Source: Longimicrobiales bacterium (GTDB lineage Bacteria; Gemmatimonadota; Gemmatimonadetes; Longimicrobiales; Gaopeijiaceae). Taken from it: a stretch of 64,000 nt of DNA. The stretch covers positions 288,001 through 352,000 of the forward strand of contig CBDCKN010000003.1 in the NCBI GenBank assembly GCA_965218295.1, given 5' to 3'. Each line of letters opens with the position of its first letter. The stretch's first letter is position 1. A model generated the notes under the pieces. That model saw only the letters and a program-made list of their open reading frames with translations. It ran no database searches and had not been told where the DNA came from. The position numbers were made by a program, and so were the translations under genes. Below are positions 1 through 9,372 of the stretch, piece by piece.

Positions 1-651
1 TCCGCCACCGCCGCGACGCCTCGCCCGCCGTACTCATGCGGCGCCTGCTCTCGCTCGACTACGTGATCGAGCATCCCGGCTTGCCTTGGCTGGCCACCGA
101 ATCCGAGAAAGTCGCCGCGTTCGAGGCCCTCGGCATCGAACGCGGGCTGCTGCCCGTCCGGGTTTACCGGGGTGCCGCCGGTGCGACTCGGCGCTACTTC
201 CCGGGTAAAGCTGCCCGTCGCGCTGGACGCCGAGAGCGCCGTCTTCGTCTACGCCGATCCCGGCCACGCGACCGCGACCGCGCTTCACTCCTGGGGTGCG
301 GCGCACCGCGGGCTCTGGCACGCGCTTGGGAGACGAGGCCGATCCGTCGAGGTTGTCGCGGTCGCTCGCCCCTCGAGAGAGCTTGAGCGGGCACGGCGAG
401 TCATGCGCCACTGGGCCGAGCCCTCCGGTCCAGCCGAACTCGACCCCCAGGTTCGCAAGGAGCTCGCCCGGATCGAGGAGGCCATTCTCGCGGGCGCGGT
501 CCCGATCCTGGAGAAGTACGGCGGTCTCCAGGCCGCCATGAAGCGCAGCGTGGCGCTGGAGAAACAGGCCCGACGGCAGGCCGCCCGCGCCTCAATCCGC
601 CGCGGCAGCACATGGCGGACCGCGCGCCTCGCCGGGGCTCGCTACCGATGA
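1..651 (+). CDS. Unknown mobile-element protein, copy 1 (runs off the window start; +1 frameshift near 200-207)
   Basis: ORFs 36..386 and 172..651 join into a clear paralogue of 12863..13795 (MRRLLSLDYVIEHP...KLPVAL...RLAGARYR). The alignment offset changes from 13145 to 13144 across the shift. Confidence 0.8.
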
Positions 652-960
652 GCGGCGCGCGACTTACGGCCGCACTGGAGTGCGCAAACGACGCGGGGGT
701 ACGATTCACACTTCGGCGCCCCGGCGATTCACACGGAGCTTCCCGCCTATCCGCTGGCGCGGCAGCGTCTTGCGCTTCCGCGGACAGGCCGGCCAGCGCT
801 GTACGGGCGGCACCGTCCGAGGCGGTAGCGACCCCCCAGTCCGAGGGCCTGGTACGGGTTCGGACGCAGGTGTGTTTGCGCACCCCTGCCCCCGTCCCCT
901 CGGGGTCGCTACCGGCCAATTATCTCTGCGCGGGAAGGCGGTTCAGCGCCGCTTCGAGGC
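648..960. other. Conserved structured cis-element downstream of the unknown gene, copy 1
   Basis: CGATTCACAC at 702-711 and 725-734; stem 823-835/902-914 enclosing two hairpins; collinear with 13792-14100. Confidence 0.7.
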
Positions 961-1503
961 GGCGGAGCACCAGTTCGCCGGCCCCCTGTCCGTCGGGCTA
1001 TCGGACATCGCCGAGCAAGGCCGGGGCCGCGATGGGCGGGGCCGCAGCCCACGCCGCCAAGCCTGGGATGCGCCCGTCCTGGGCACCCAAAAGGCCTTCC
1101 CGCATGGGATACCGTGACCGGAGCGGCATCGCCGCTCCGGCGACCGTGGTGCAACCGCAAAGCAGCCAGCGACATACGGAACCGCTGGCGCGCACACCGC
1201 AACGGTGGTTCCGTGCACATGCACCTCGATGTCGATGTGCACGCGCGGTACGCCACCGACCCCCGGTGATCGGCGGTCAAGATCGGCCCCCCGAGCCGCT
1301 CTCGACACGTCTGCAAAACAACCTTCCCATCATAGCGCCGGACTCGTGAATCGGGAAGCGCCAGCGCGGCGGGTCATCGGCTCGGAGCGGCCTGAACGCC
1401 GGAAGGCCCGGCGCACGCGGAATCGCCCGTCTGGCGAAGATGCCTTTTCAGCGCGAAGTTTCAGGCGCGCAGATCGTGCAGTCCATCATCGAGGAGGAAT
1501 CGA

Positions 1504-2668
1504 ATGATGGCACGCACGAAACGAAGCCGGCACAGTTACGGCGCCGGCGAATGGGGCCGGAACCGGGTCCGGGTGTTTCCCGATCCCAAGACCGGCCTGC
1601 TCCAGATCGGAGTGGCGCGAGAACGGGCGCAGGCTGAGCAAATCGCTCAAGCACCGCGACTGGGCACGGGCGAAGAGGCAGGCGGACGAGTTCGCCGCAG
1701 GCTTCGCCGGGCCGGAGATCGGGGGCGGAGCGGAAGCCGAGCCCGAGCCGCCCACGCTGGAGACGCTTTTTGACATCTACGGTGAAGAGGTGACGCCCAC
1801 CAAGGGCAGGCAATCACGGCGGCACGACAGGGCCGCGATGCGGATGTTCCTTGGGTTCTTCGGACGGGACCGCAGCCCGGCAACGCTCTCCCAGCGCGAC
1901 TGGGACAGGTTCATCAGGGAACGACGGGCGGGGCGGGTCGGCCCGAGCGAAAGGCCCGTATCGGATCGAACAATCCAACAGGACCTGAAGCTACTGCTGG
2001 CGATCCTCAACTGGGCCGCGAAGTCGAGGGACGAGCAGGGCCGCCTGCTCCTCGATTCGAACCCGCTGCAGGGTCTGAAGACGCCCAAGGAGAAGAACCC
2101 GACCCGGGTCGTCCTCGTGGAGGAGGAATACCTGGCGCTTCTAGAGGTGTCCCGCCAAGTCGACTGGCGATTTCGCGTCGCGCTGGTGCTCGTGCACGAG
2201 ACGGGACACCGCATCGGTGCCATCCGTAAGCTCCGGTGGTCGGACATCGACATGGAAGGCGGAATCATCCGGTGGAGGGCCGAGCACGAGAAGTCCGGCT
2301 ACGAACACCGGACGCCGGTGACCATCGAGGCGATCGTCGTCTTGGAAGAGGCGCGAAAGAGGAACCCTGGGATCGGCGACGCGCTTGTGTTACCCGCGCC
2401 CGGGAATCCTTCGACGTGCGTGCGCTCCGGGCGGGCGCGCTCCTGGTGGAGGAGAGCGGAGAGGCTCGCGGGGCTGGAGCCGAAGCACCGCAGAGGCTGG
2501 CACTCGCTGAGGCGGAAGTTCGCTTCGGACCTCATGGACCAGCCGCTCAAGGTGCTGTGCGAGCTTGGGGGCTGGAAGACGGCCAGAACAGTGCTCCAGT
2601 GCTACCAGCACGCCGACGAGGACCAGCTCAGGAACGCGCTCGACAACCGCCGCAGAGTTCGGGCCTGA
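1504..2668 (+). CDS. Tyrosine recombinase/integrase (one +1 frameshift near 1610)
   Basis: GAGGAGG RBS before 1504; motifs ETGHR, HSLRR, LGGW and terminal Y (QCY). Removing one G at ~1610 joins ORF 1504.. to the frame of 1790..2668 (IEWRENGRRLSKSL...). Confidence 0.9.
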
Positions 2669-2671
2669 ACC

Positions 2672-2699
2672 CAATTAGCGGGAATCAATTGGCGGGAAT
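2672..2699 (+). repeat. Tandem 14-bp repeat just after the integrase stop, candidate arm-type binding sites
   Basis: CAATTAGCGGGAAT (2672-2685) followed by CAATTGGCGGGAAT (2686-2699). Confidence 0.6.
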
Positions 2700-2707
2700 C
2701 CGGCACG

Positions 2708-4042
2708 TCACGCTCGTAAGTTCAATGCGAGCAAAAGGATGCACATCTGCCACCGCATGCCCGCAAGGCCTTCGTCAACTGCTGTTCTAACGCGGTCATA
2801 GAGCTCCTTCACTCGTTCGACAGCTTCACGGCCGGCCGAGTGTCCATGGTCCGGGGCGGATAGGCGAGCGCGCCGGCCGGCAGCACCACGAACCGCTCCC
2901 CCTCGATCTCCCGAAGCGTGATCCCCCAGGTGGTCGCCTCGAGCCGCTCCAGGGTCTGGCGTGCCTCCCCGATATCCAGGTCGAGGGCGGCGGCCGTCTG
3001 GATCCGGGCCTGGATGCGCGCCGACAGCCAGTGCATCGTCGCCCAGCTCCCGCCGCAGATGCCAAGCCAGAGGCTCAGGCCGACGACCAGGGGCCGGAGC
3101 CAGGCCTTGAGCAGGAGGGCGCGCATCCGACCGGTCGCCACCGCCGTATCGGCTTCGATGGTATGCAGCGCGTTCCTCGCAACGCGCCGCGAGTTCGCGC
3201 CGAGCCGCTCGAGCTCGCTCGCGGTCAATTCCTCGATCGCCTGGCGTTCGGTCTCCAGCCGTCTCCGCAATCGCTCGGTCAAGTCGTTCGCGTTTGAAGT
3301 CATGTGCGTATAGCTCTCCTTTCAGACGCCACCGGTCCCTGGTCGTGGGATCCAGGGCCGTCAGGTAGTCCTGGCCCTGGCGCGGCACCTCCAGGCCCGC
3401 CTCCCGCAGGGCGGCGACGATATCGGCCCGGTTCCGCACCGTGCCGTGCTCGACGCGCTGGAGCAGGTAGTCCCGGATCAGGTCGCGGGGCTCGGACTCC
3501 AGCCCGAGGCCGGTCCTGAGCCGCGCCGCCTCGACGTAGGCGCGGTGACCGGGGTGCTGCACCCTGGCCCGCGCCGGGTCGTCCGGCCGGCTCCAGCCGT
3601 GTTCGGCGTTGAAGGCGTCGCGGAGCGGGTCGAACGTCTTCCGCCACCCGGGGGGCGCGATGTTGAGGCTCCGGCCGGTCTCCAGGTCGCACCGCGCGGC
3701 CAGGACATGCACGTGAGCGCCGCCGCCGCGCTCGCGGTGCAGCACGGCGGCCCAGGCGTAGCGGTCGGGTTCGAGCCCGGCCCAGGCCGTCTGCTCGAAG
3801 GCATCGATAACCGCGCCGATCTGCGCGTCGGTCGGAGTGTCGTCGGGTGCCCAGGCAATCACGCCCGACGTGTACTTGTGCTCGAACCCCAGCGCATCGG
3901 CCACCGCAGCCGCCTGATGGGGGTTCCCCCGAAAGACCTCCACGCCCGCGCGGAGTTGACCCGCCGCGTCCCGCGCCCCGAGGAGGTAGTCGGCCGCCGC
4001 CCGGGCCGAGCCGGTTCCGCGGGCCAGGAACTTAATGTGCAT
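2708..4042 (-). CDS. Relaxase, ColE1 MbeA/MOBP-like; C-terminus probably truncated
   Basis: N-terminal AADYLL tyrosine motif, KYTSGVI, and VLHRE...HVH His motif; overlaps the mobC stop. Confidence 0.85.
   Translation of the reverse strand: MHIKFLARGTGSARAAADYLLGARDAAGQLRAGVEVFRGNPHQAAAVADALGFEHKYTSGVIAWAPDDTPTDAQIGAVIDAFEQTAWAGLEPDRYAWAAVLHRERGGGAHVHVLAARCDLETGRSLNIAPPGWRKTFDPLRDAFNAEHGWSRPDDPARARVQHPGHRAYVEAARLRTGLGLESEPRDLIRDYLLQRVEHGTVRNRADIVAALREAGLEVPRQGQDYLTALDPTTRDRWRLKGELYAHDFKRERLDRAIAETAGDRTPGDRGIDRERARAARRELAARCEERAAYHRSRYGGGDRSDARPPAQGLAPAPGRRPEPLAWHLRRELGDDALAVGAHPGPDPDGRRPRPGYRGGTPDPGAARGDHLGDHASGDRGGAVRGAAGRRARLSAPDHGHSAGREAVERVKELYDRVRTAVDEGLAGMRWQMCILLLALNLRA
2809..3303 (-). 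CDS. MbeB-like mobilisation protein overprinted inside the relaxase gene
   Basis: GGAGAG RBS; N-terminal coiled coil plus one hydrophobic helix; same nested position as ColE1 mbeB. Confidence 0.7.
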   Translation of the reverse strand: MTSNANDLTERLRRRLETERQAIEELTASELERLGANSRRVARNALHTIEADTAVATGRMRALLLKAWLRPLVVGLSLWLGICGGSWATMHWLSARIQARIQTAAALDLDIGEARQTLERLEATTWGITLREIEGERFVVLPAGALAYPPRTMDTRPAVKLSNE

Positions 4043-4370
4043 CGGGGTCGGGGCGTCCGACGGGGGCCAACGCCGCGAGCGCCCGGTCGATGGCGACCAG
4101 GTGGGCGACGATCTCGACGGCCTCGGCGTTCGCTTTGAAGGTATTGGCCCAGCGGGCGATCTGGTTCAGGTTCGCCCCGATCCGCGCCAGCTCGCGGGTG
4201 CGCTCTCGCTCCACCTCGGTCGCCGGGGCGGTCCACGTCCGCGTACGCGCCATGGCCTGCCGGAGCAGCGCCGACAGCGACACGCCAGCGGCCGCGGCCT
4301 TGGCCCGCCAGTCGGCGAGCTCGGCCGGCGATACGCGGGCGGCCGCAGTGACGGTGCGGCGATCGGCCAT
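4032..4370 (-). CDS. mobC: MobC relaxosome accessory protein
   Basis: RHH-like N-terminus (GVSLSALLR) and RIGANLNQIAR motif; lies directly upstream of the relaxase. Confidence 0.9.
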   Translation of the reverse strand: MADRRTVTAAARVSPAELADWRAKAAAAGVSLSALLRQAMARTRTWTAPATEVERERTRELARIGANLNQIARWANTFKANAEAVEIVAHLVAIDRALAALAPVGRPDPDAH

Positions 4371-4439
4371 CAGGACGCATCGCCAGAGGAGAAAGGGGCG
4401 CGAGCCCCGCCCGCGAACTCCGCCGGAGGGCGGACATCC

Positions 4440-4510
4440 GGGGGATCGAAGGGGGCGGAGCACCCCTCGCCAGCCCCAATGTTGCACATTGGGTAGGCTG
4501 GCTTAGGCAC
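4440..4510 (+). promoter_or_regulatory. Putative oriT, ColE1-like, predicted nic at 4501/4502
   Basis: Perfect IR CCCAATGT (4475-4482)/ACATTGGG (4486-4493), then CTGG^CTTA as in the ColE1 nic; upstream of mobC. Confidence 0.7.
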
Positions 4511-4856
4511 CATAAGGGTGCCAGACAGCCCCCCGGCGAGCGCGCCGGACGGCCTCCGGCAGCGGGAATCTCGGGTCGGCGGAATCTCCATACCCCTACA
4601 CGGAGAAGCCCTTCTCACGCGGTGTCAACAGCGTGAATCGAGGCGATTTCCCAAGGGTTCCAGCGCCGTCCCAGAGTCGGATCGGCCTCCGCCAGCGCCG
4701 CCTCCATCGCCCGCTGACTGATGGCGGACAGAGACCGGGAGGCCGAACCGATCCGCTGTTTCCGGGCTCGCAGCCGCGCGTTGGTTGTAGAGGTCGTGGT
4801 CTACAGAACGGATCGTAGATAGGTTTCTCTACACGCCTCGGTCATGGAGGAGTCGC

Positions 4857-5312
4857 GTGCAGCCTGCATCTCCGAATCATAGCACAGATCTGAGGAGCTT
4901 CCTGTCAAGAGCTGCGGAGGCTGCGTCGTACTCCGGCAAGAAGATGATGGAGTCTGCCGGTCTAAGTTGGCAGTCCCTCGCTGCATGGAAGGCCGGAACC
5001 CGAAGACCCCGTGCTGAGAGCATCCATGCGGTCGGTCACGCCCTGCTGCTTCGTGGTGATAGGATCCGCCGGATTGGCCTTGAGTTGATTCGGGCGGCTG
5101 AGCAGGCGTCTGGCCAGGGGAGGCCTACACCTGCGACCGATGATGGCCCGCAGCGCGTACTGTTCGCTCCGGCACGGGCCGCAGCCGAGACCTCCCAACG
5201 GCTGCACGACGATGGTGCGGAGGGTGCTCCCAACGACCGGCATGACTCGGGAAGGGCCTCGACAACCACCGGTAACTCGGAGGGACTGAGTCTTGGATCG
5301 CGTCACACCTGA
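4857..5312 (+). CDS. XRE-like HTH protein, possible R-M controller
   Basis: GGAGG RBS; SAGLSWQSLAAWKAGTRRP resembles an XRE HTH; overlaps the vsr start. Confidence 0.55.
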   Translation: MQPASPNHSTDLRSFLSRAAEAASYSGKKMMESAGLSWQSLAAWKAGTRRPRAESIHAVGHALLLRGDRIRRIGLELIRAAEQASGQGRPTPATDDGPQRVLFAPARAAAETSQRLHDDGAEGAPNDRHDSGRASTTTGNSEGLSLGSRHT

Positions 5313-5730
5313 GCAGCGTAGCAAGATGATGGCGGCCGTACGCTCCAAGGACACGAAGCCGGAACTGTTCATCCGCAGAGCACTACACGCCCGAGGCTAC
5401 CGATTCCGCCTCCATCGCCGCGACTTGCCGGGCAAACCGGACATCGTGTTCCCGTCCCGAAAATCCGCGATCTTCGTCAACGGTTGCTTCTGGCACGGGC
5501 ACGGCTGTCCGTCCGGCGCACTGCCGGCCACCCGGCGAGCTTTCTGGAAAGCAAAGATCGGCCGAAATAAGGATCGGGACGCGGAGAACCGCCGTGAGCT
5601 TGAGGCGGCGGGGTGGAACGTCCTAGTGGTATGGGAATGCGACTTGCGACGGCCGGAGCCGGTAGAGCGCGTCGTTGCTTGGCTGGAAGCCGATCGGCCC
5701 CGCAATCTTGGACGGGACGTAGAGCCATGA
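5293..5730 (+). CDS. vsr: Very short patch repair endonuclease
   Basis: RSKMMAAVRSKDTKPE, LPGKPD, FVNGCFWHGH, VVWEC. Confidence 0.95.
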   Translation: MDRVTPEQRSKMMAAVRSKDTKPELFIRRALHARGYRFRLHRRDLPGKPDIVFPSRKSAIFVNGCFWHGHGCPSGALPATRRAFWKAKIGRNKDRDAENRRELEAAGWNVLVVWECDLRRPEPVERVVAWLEADRPRNLGRDVEP

Positions 5731-6911
5731 ACGGGCCAGACCGTCCGATTACCGTTGTTGATCTGTTTTCCGGTGCCGGGGGCATGTCCTACGGGTTCAA
5801 AGCGCATGGCGCGTTCGAGATGATCGGCGCTGCCGATGCGGAGATCGGAAAACCTACATCCGGCAACGGACGGCTACAATGCAACACCACCTATCGGAAC
5901 AACATCGGAATCGACCCCAAGCGCGTTGATCTCGCGGACGTTACTCCGACCGATGTGCGCGACGTGCTGGGAATCGGTACGCGCGCGGTCAACGTCTTGA
6001 GCGTGTGTCCGCCCTGCACCGGGTTCACACGAACCAACCCGCAGAATCATCTTCGGGACGATTGCCGCAACGGGCTCGTGTCCAGGGCCGCAGGCTTTGC
6101 CGTAGCCTTGGACGCGGACATCGTAGTAATGGAGAACGCGCGCGAACTCTTACGCGGGAATTTCCTGCATCACTATCGCGCCTTCCGCGAGCGTCTGGAG
6201 GATAACGGCTACAGCGTGTTCGGGCGGAATTACATGCTGAACCGCTTCGGGCTTCCGCAAGTGCGCGAACGGGCCATCGTGATTGCCTCCAAGGAAGGAT
6301 TGCCCCTCTACACGCTGGAGAGCATGTGGGACGGCTGGAGCGTGGAAGAAAGCGCCAAGACCGTTCGCAGGGCGCTCTCGGTCGCCTCGGGAGCGAAGGG
6401 AGCGGACCACCGTTACCCAGGGTTCGCGTCAGAAACCGTCAAACGGCGGATTGCCGCCATACCGCCTGACGGCGGCTCTTGGATGGACCTGTTGGAGCAT
6501 CCTGATGCGGAGCAACTCTTGACCGGATCCATGAAGAGGATCGCGGAGGCCGGGAGATTCGGTTCGTACCCGGATGTCTACGGGCGGATGGCGTGGGACA
6601 AACCCGCCCCTACGATCAAACGGGAGTGCGCACATATCGGAAACGGCAGGTATGCTCACCCGGAACAGGACCGGCTTTGCACGGTCGCGGAAATGGCAGT
6701 TCTGAACGGCTTTCCTCACCACTATCAGTTCAACGGGTCATCACTGGCGAACACGTATCGCCATATCGGGGACGCGGTACCCCCGCTGGTTTCCTATCAG
6801 CTCGCGCATCTCTGCCGGTGGATTCTGACGGGCGAACGACCCAGCATCCAAGAACTCGTCTTGGCTGACACAAGCTTGCGGTTGTCAGATCTCGTGCGCG
6901 ACGCGGCATGA
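5727..6911 (+). CDS. DNA (cytosine-5) methyltransferase
   Basis: DLFSGAGG (motif I), PPC (IV), EN (VI), QVRER (VIII), IGDAVPP (X); ATGA overlap with vsr. Confidence 0.95.
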   Translation: MNGPDRPITVVDLFSGAGGMSYGFKAHGAFEMIGAADAEIGKPTSGNGRLQCNTTYRNNIGIDPKRVDLADVTPTDVRDVLGIGTRAVNVLSVCPPCTGFTRTNPQNHLRDDCRNGLVSRAAGFAVALDADIVVMENARELLRGNFLHHYRAFRERLEDNGYSVFGRNYMLNRFGLPQVRERAIVIASKEGLPLYTLESMWDGWSVEESAKTVRRALSVASGAKGADHRYPGFASETVKRRIAAIPPDGGSWMDLLEHPDAEQLLTGSMKRIAEAGRFGSYPDVYGRMAWDKPAPTIKRECAHIGNGRYAHPEQDRLCTVAEMAVLNGFPHHYQFNGSSLANTYRHIGDAVPPLVSYQLAHLCRWILTGERPSIQELVLADTSLRLSDLVRDAA

Positions 6912-7610
6912 CGACCCCACCGGACTCCACGGAGCAGAGATACCTCGACGAACTGCTTGCCGCGATGCGTGGCCCTTGCGAGACCACGTTCCCTACGTCC
7001 CCGGATGCCGAGACGCAGGCAGCCGAACTGGGGTTCCCGTCCGATCCCACCTTCGCTTCACCCTCGCCGTTCCTCAGCCCGCGATTCGAGAAGGAGTTCC
7101 GAACAACACTGCTCATTCACGATTACTTCCTGAGAGCGCCACTGGCGACGAACTCGTTTGAGGCGGCGTTCGTACGCGCAGCACATGCCGCAGGTCACGA
7201 CATTCGGAAAGCGCCTGACGGTCAGCGTTTTTGGGATGTCGAGATGGACGGGCTCCGAATCAGCCTGAAGTCCACCGCGGCAGCGAATCTGCGCGTCGGG
7301 TCACTGCACATTTCCAAGCTTTGCGAGGCAGCATGGATTCAGGACGCTCGCAGTGCGGCCCACCGAGAAGACAAGACCAAGCGCTTGTTCGAGGAGTATA
7401 CCGCCGCAGTGGGTGCTATCATTCAACTTCGGCTGTTCAAGAAGAAGGCCTTCTACGAAATGGTGAGGATCCCCACCTCTCTCTTGGCTCAAGTCGCGGA
7501 TGTTCCTCGTTCCAAGTTCGCGCCGGAGGGCCCGTCCATTGGAATCCCGGTTGGCCAAGACCCGCCGGACTTCACGTTGAAACTCGATAGATCCGACGCG
7601 AAGGTCACGT

Positions 7611-8988
7611 GAGGTTGGGTCAATAGGTGTGTAAACGTATTAGGCGGCGTTCTTCCGCTGTTGGTGTGAGACGGGCTTTCCGTCTTCGAACTTTCCTCCT
7701 TCAAATACGTCCTTGAGGAGGTGAGGAGCGTCGAGCCTTCGGAACCGCTTCTCAGCCACCAAGAGCAACTTCCAGATTAGCGCCGTAGCGCTCTCGACCC
7801 GCTTGAACCGCTTCGCTGCTGTCGTCCTGAGCCGTACCGCGGCGAACGGGCTCTCGACCACGTTCGTCGTGCGTAGATGCTTCCAGTGGTCCTCGGGGAA
7901 GTCGTAGAACGCTACCATCCGCTCCCAGTCGTCCTCGAGTACGTCCACTGCTTTCGGATACCACGGCCTATAGCGTCGGGCGAACACCTCGCGGGCCTTC
8001 AGGGCCTCGGCCCGGCTCGGTGCGTAGACCACGGCCCGGAGAAGATCCTTCGCCTCGCCCTGCTCCCGCTGAGGTAGTCGGTCCAGCACGTTCCTCATCT
8101 TGTGGTTCCAGCACCGTTGCTCGCCCGCCTCAGGCCATACCTGCCGTACTGCGCCCCAGATCGCCGCGTTGCCGTCCGCCATCAAAAGCCGGGGCGCCTC
8201 GATGCCGCGTGCCTTCAGATCCCGCAACACCTCCGACCAGGACTCGACCGACTCTCGGTAGCCCGATCTCAGGGCCAACACCTCCTTCGTCCCGTCTCGC
8301 ATCGCGCCCAGCACCACCAGTAGCGCCGCCTTGTCCCGCTCGAGCCCTGCCTTCACGTAGATCCCGTCCGCCCATACGTAGACGACCTCACGGCCCTCCA
8401 GGCGACGCTGGCTCCATTCCTCGAACTCCGCCGTCCATCCCGCCCGCAGTCTCCGAATCGAAGACTTCGACAGCGGTGCCCCCTCGCCTAGCAGTCCCCG
8501 CATCGCCAGCTCGAAGTCTCCCTCTGCCAGTCCGTGCAGATACAGCTCCGGAAGCAGAGCGCCCAGCTCCTTCGTCCGCCTCGCGAACAACGGCAGCACC
8601 CGACTCTCGAACCGCTCCTCGACGCCCCGAACCCGAGGGCGTCGGAGTGTGATCGTGCCCGAGCTCATCGCCAACCGCCTCAGCTTGCCGTATCCGTTGC
8701 GGTAGCCCTCGGTCGCGTCCACCACCCTCCTGCGCTCTGACTTCTCTCGCCCTAGCAACTCCGTGACTTCCTCCTCCAAGATCTGTTGAATGAACTCCTG
8801 CGCCTTCTCCCGAACCACTTCTTCCAGAACTTCCCACACGGGCGTCCTGGACTCACCCTCGGGTCCCACCGTATTCTTCCTCACGAGGCGTCGTTCCTTT
8901 CCCCCGGGCTGTCACCCGGAGTTCGCTGGTTATTACTCAGCGGAAAGGTACGTCGCCTCTCTTTTTACACACCCTTTGATCCTAGCTC
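7611..8988 (-). mobile_element. IS256-family insertion sequence, copy 1 (1378 bp)
   Basis: Imperfect IRs GAGGTTGGGTCAATAGGTGTGTAAA / GAGCTAGGATCAAAGGGTGTGTAAA; 8-bp TSD GGTCACGT at 7603-7610 and 8989-8996. Confidence 0.95.
7640..8884 (-). CDS. IS256-family (Mutator-type) transposase
   Basis: YRNGY, WADG, MADG, QRCWNH, RTTNVVES. Confidence 0.95.
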   Translation of the reverse strand: MRKNTVGPEGESRTPVWEVLEEVVREKAQEFIQQILEEEVTELLGREKSERRRVVDATEGYRNGYGKLRRLAMSSGTITLRRPRVRGVEERFESRVLPLFARRTKELGALLPELYLHGLAEGDFELAMRGLLGEGAPLSKSSIRRLRAGWTAEFEEWSQRRLEGREVVYVWADGIYVKAGLERDKAALLVVLGAMRDGTKEVLALRSGYRESVESWSEVLRDLKARGIEAPRLLMADGNAAIWGAVRQVWPEAGEQRCWNHKMRNVLDRLPQREQGEAKDLLRAVVYAPSRAEALKAREVFARRYRPWYPKAVDVLEDDWERMVAFYDFPEDHWKHLRTTNVVESPFAAVRLRTTAAKRFKRVESATALIWKLLLVAEKRFRRLDAPHLLKDVFEGGKFEDGKPVSHQQRKNAA

Positions 8989-9151
8989 GGTCACGTTGGC
9001 GAACATCGACAAGCGCGTGTGTTCGGTCGTAGGAACCTGGCAACTCGCCCGGAGGGCGTAAGCGCCGATTGACGGTCGGAAGACGGGCTTTCTTGGCCGC
9101 TGCCCAGGACTACGATTCGACCGTCGACGACGAGGGGATGGTGGCGGCCAG

Positions 9152-9188
9152 CGCGACTAGCAGCTAGCTAGCTAAGCTAGCTGTCGCG
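9152..9188. repeat. Quasi-palindromic GCTA microrepeat
   Basis: CGCGAC-TAGCAGCTAGCTAGCTAAGCTAGCT-GTCGCG; four CTAG within 24 bp. Confidence 0.7.
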
Positions 9189-9372
9189 CCCCAAGAGTGG
9201 GGACTGCCCTGACCGGAGTGGGCTCGTGCATCTGGGACGGCCCTACACCCGTCCTTTCACGGCCTAGGAGGGCCAACGACATCCGTTTCGTTGCGGCGGA
9301 GAAAATGGGGGGTAACGCTCCACATCCAACTGCGTAAGGCATTTACAGTAAACCGCTTACAGCACTCATGAA

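Larger units (their letters stand above)
6908..9061 (+). pseudogene. Putative type II restriction endonuclease interrupted by IS256 (6908-7610 plus 8997-9061)
   Basis: ATGA-coupled to the methyltransferase; WD...SLK PD-(D/E)xK-like motif. Removing the IS and one TSD restores ...AKVT-LANIDKRVCSVVGTWQLARRA* (255 aa). Confidence 0.8.

Noticed and set aside
1178..1242. Short inverted repeats upstream of the integrase (GGAACC...GGTTCC, GTGCACAT...ATGTGCAC)
   Set aside because: Short and single-copy, with no comparative support in the window.
612..1349. ORFs 612..1349 and 13792..14013, ATGA-coupled to the unknown gene
   Set aside because: Differences between the copies are largely non-synonymous and one copy has a stop. 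Conservation follows base-pairing, so a non-coding element fits better.
2757..2780. Possible tRNA 3'-end att remnant after the integrase
   Set aside because: No T-loop (GTTCGA) or CCA context recognisable.
9308..9338. GGGG...CGTAAG resembling a Tn3-family inverted repeat
   Set aside because: Shorter than the usual 38 bp; no partner end or Tn3 transposase found.
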